DNA from: Thermoplasmata archaeon
GTDB lineage: Archaea > Thermoplasmatota > Thermoplasmata > RBG-16-68-12 > JAFNFQ01
Assembly: GCA_041489255.1 (NCBI GenBank)
Contig: JBGPQV010000003.1
Span: 53,448-77,447, forward strand
Direction: 5' to 3'
DNA length: 24,000 nt
In this document: piece by piece, positions 23,715-24,000 of the stretch
Layout: each line of letters begins with the position of its first letter
How positions within the stretch are numbered: position 1 is the first letter of the stretch
Made by a program: the position numbers and the translations under genes
The notes under the pieces: model-generated
Seen by the model: only the letters and a program-made list of their open reading frames with translations
Told to the model about the DNA's origin: nothing
Databases searched by the model: none

Positions 23715-24000
23715 CTAGCAGCAAGGCACATGCCAGTCCTGGTCATCGGACAGCAGGACCCAGTACGCCGAGCCGGGGCACATGTTGGTCGTCGCCCACT
23801 CTGAAATCTCAATCCTCCTCAAGTTGTATGAGGTTGCGCCGCCGTCATAGACCTCGATCGCGCGCAAGCCGGAGACCTGCGCGGCGAAGTCCGCGAAAGT
23901 GTACGTCTCGTTGAAGGAGGGGAAGCCGATCAAGTTCCAGCCCGCCCTCAGCTCGACCACGATGCTCTCCGGGACCAGCCCGGCGATTGTCATCGTACCG
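23715..24000 (-). CDS. C-terminal part of a larger protein running off the window edge (hypothetical, surface-protein-like beta domain)
   Basis: The frame stays open from 23993 to the window end. The tail contains L-x-AGWNLIGFP ... PGSAYWVL, a pattern common in C-terminal beta-sandwich domains of secreted prokaryotic proteins. Confidence 0.45.
   Translation of the reverse strand, partial: GTMTIAGLVPESIVVELRAGWNLIGFPSFNETYTFADFAAQVSGLRAIEVYDGGATSYNLRRIEISEWATTNMCPGSAYWVLLSDDQDWHVPCC

Noticed and set aside
1-24000. Scan for CRISPR arrays, tRNA and rRNA genes, and integrase or recombinase genes.
   Set aside because: I saw no regularly spaced direct repeats, no T-arm/acceptor-like tRNA signatures, no rRNA-like conserved blocks and no tyrosine or serine recombinase ORF.

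Overview
The window is gene-dense and moderately GC-rich. It looks prokaryotic and probably archaeal, based on GGAGG/GGTGA-type ribosome-binding sites, TATA-like boxes and an ISH1-like insertion sequence; this is inferred, not proven. I see no rRNA, tRNA or CRISPR array.

Gene content from left to right:
- A secreted multi-PKD protein (97..2565, +).
- A minus-strand polymorphic-toxin-like locus (3127..13960). It holds a giant secreted protein of about 2867 aa with a signal peptide, about 9 PKD repeats, two blocks of thrombospondin-type-3-like calcium-binding repeats, a hydrophobic pre-toxin segment and a C-terminal EndoU-like tip. It is followed by three paralogous 181-aa immunity-like genes and at least one 5'-truncated orphan toxin tip.
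- An intact 1048-bp IS4/IS5-superfamily element (14054..15101) with 18-bp inverted repeats and an 8-bp target-site duplication, inserted just upstream of the giant gene.
- A triple zinc-ribbon protein (15447..15869, +).
- A tightly packed minus-strand four-gene operon (15852..18275) encoding a UFM1-like ubiquitin-like protein ending in Val-Gly, a UFC1-like E2, a UBA5-like E1 and a JAMM/MPN+ peptidase.
- A seven-repeat SBBP beta-propeller surface protein with a C-terminal membrane anchor (18332..21076, -).
- An S9 prolyl-oligopeptidase-family serine peptidase (21171..23090, +).
- A small membrane protein, and a partial surface-protein-like ORF at the right edge.

The two strongest leads are the compact UFM1-type conjugation operon, which pairs a JAMM peptidase with the triad in place of the eukaryotic UfSP/UFL1 components, and the toxin/immunity array with orphan modules.

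All homology statements are by-eye comparisons against family signatures and reference sequences recalled from memory. No database search was run.
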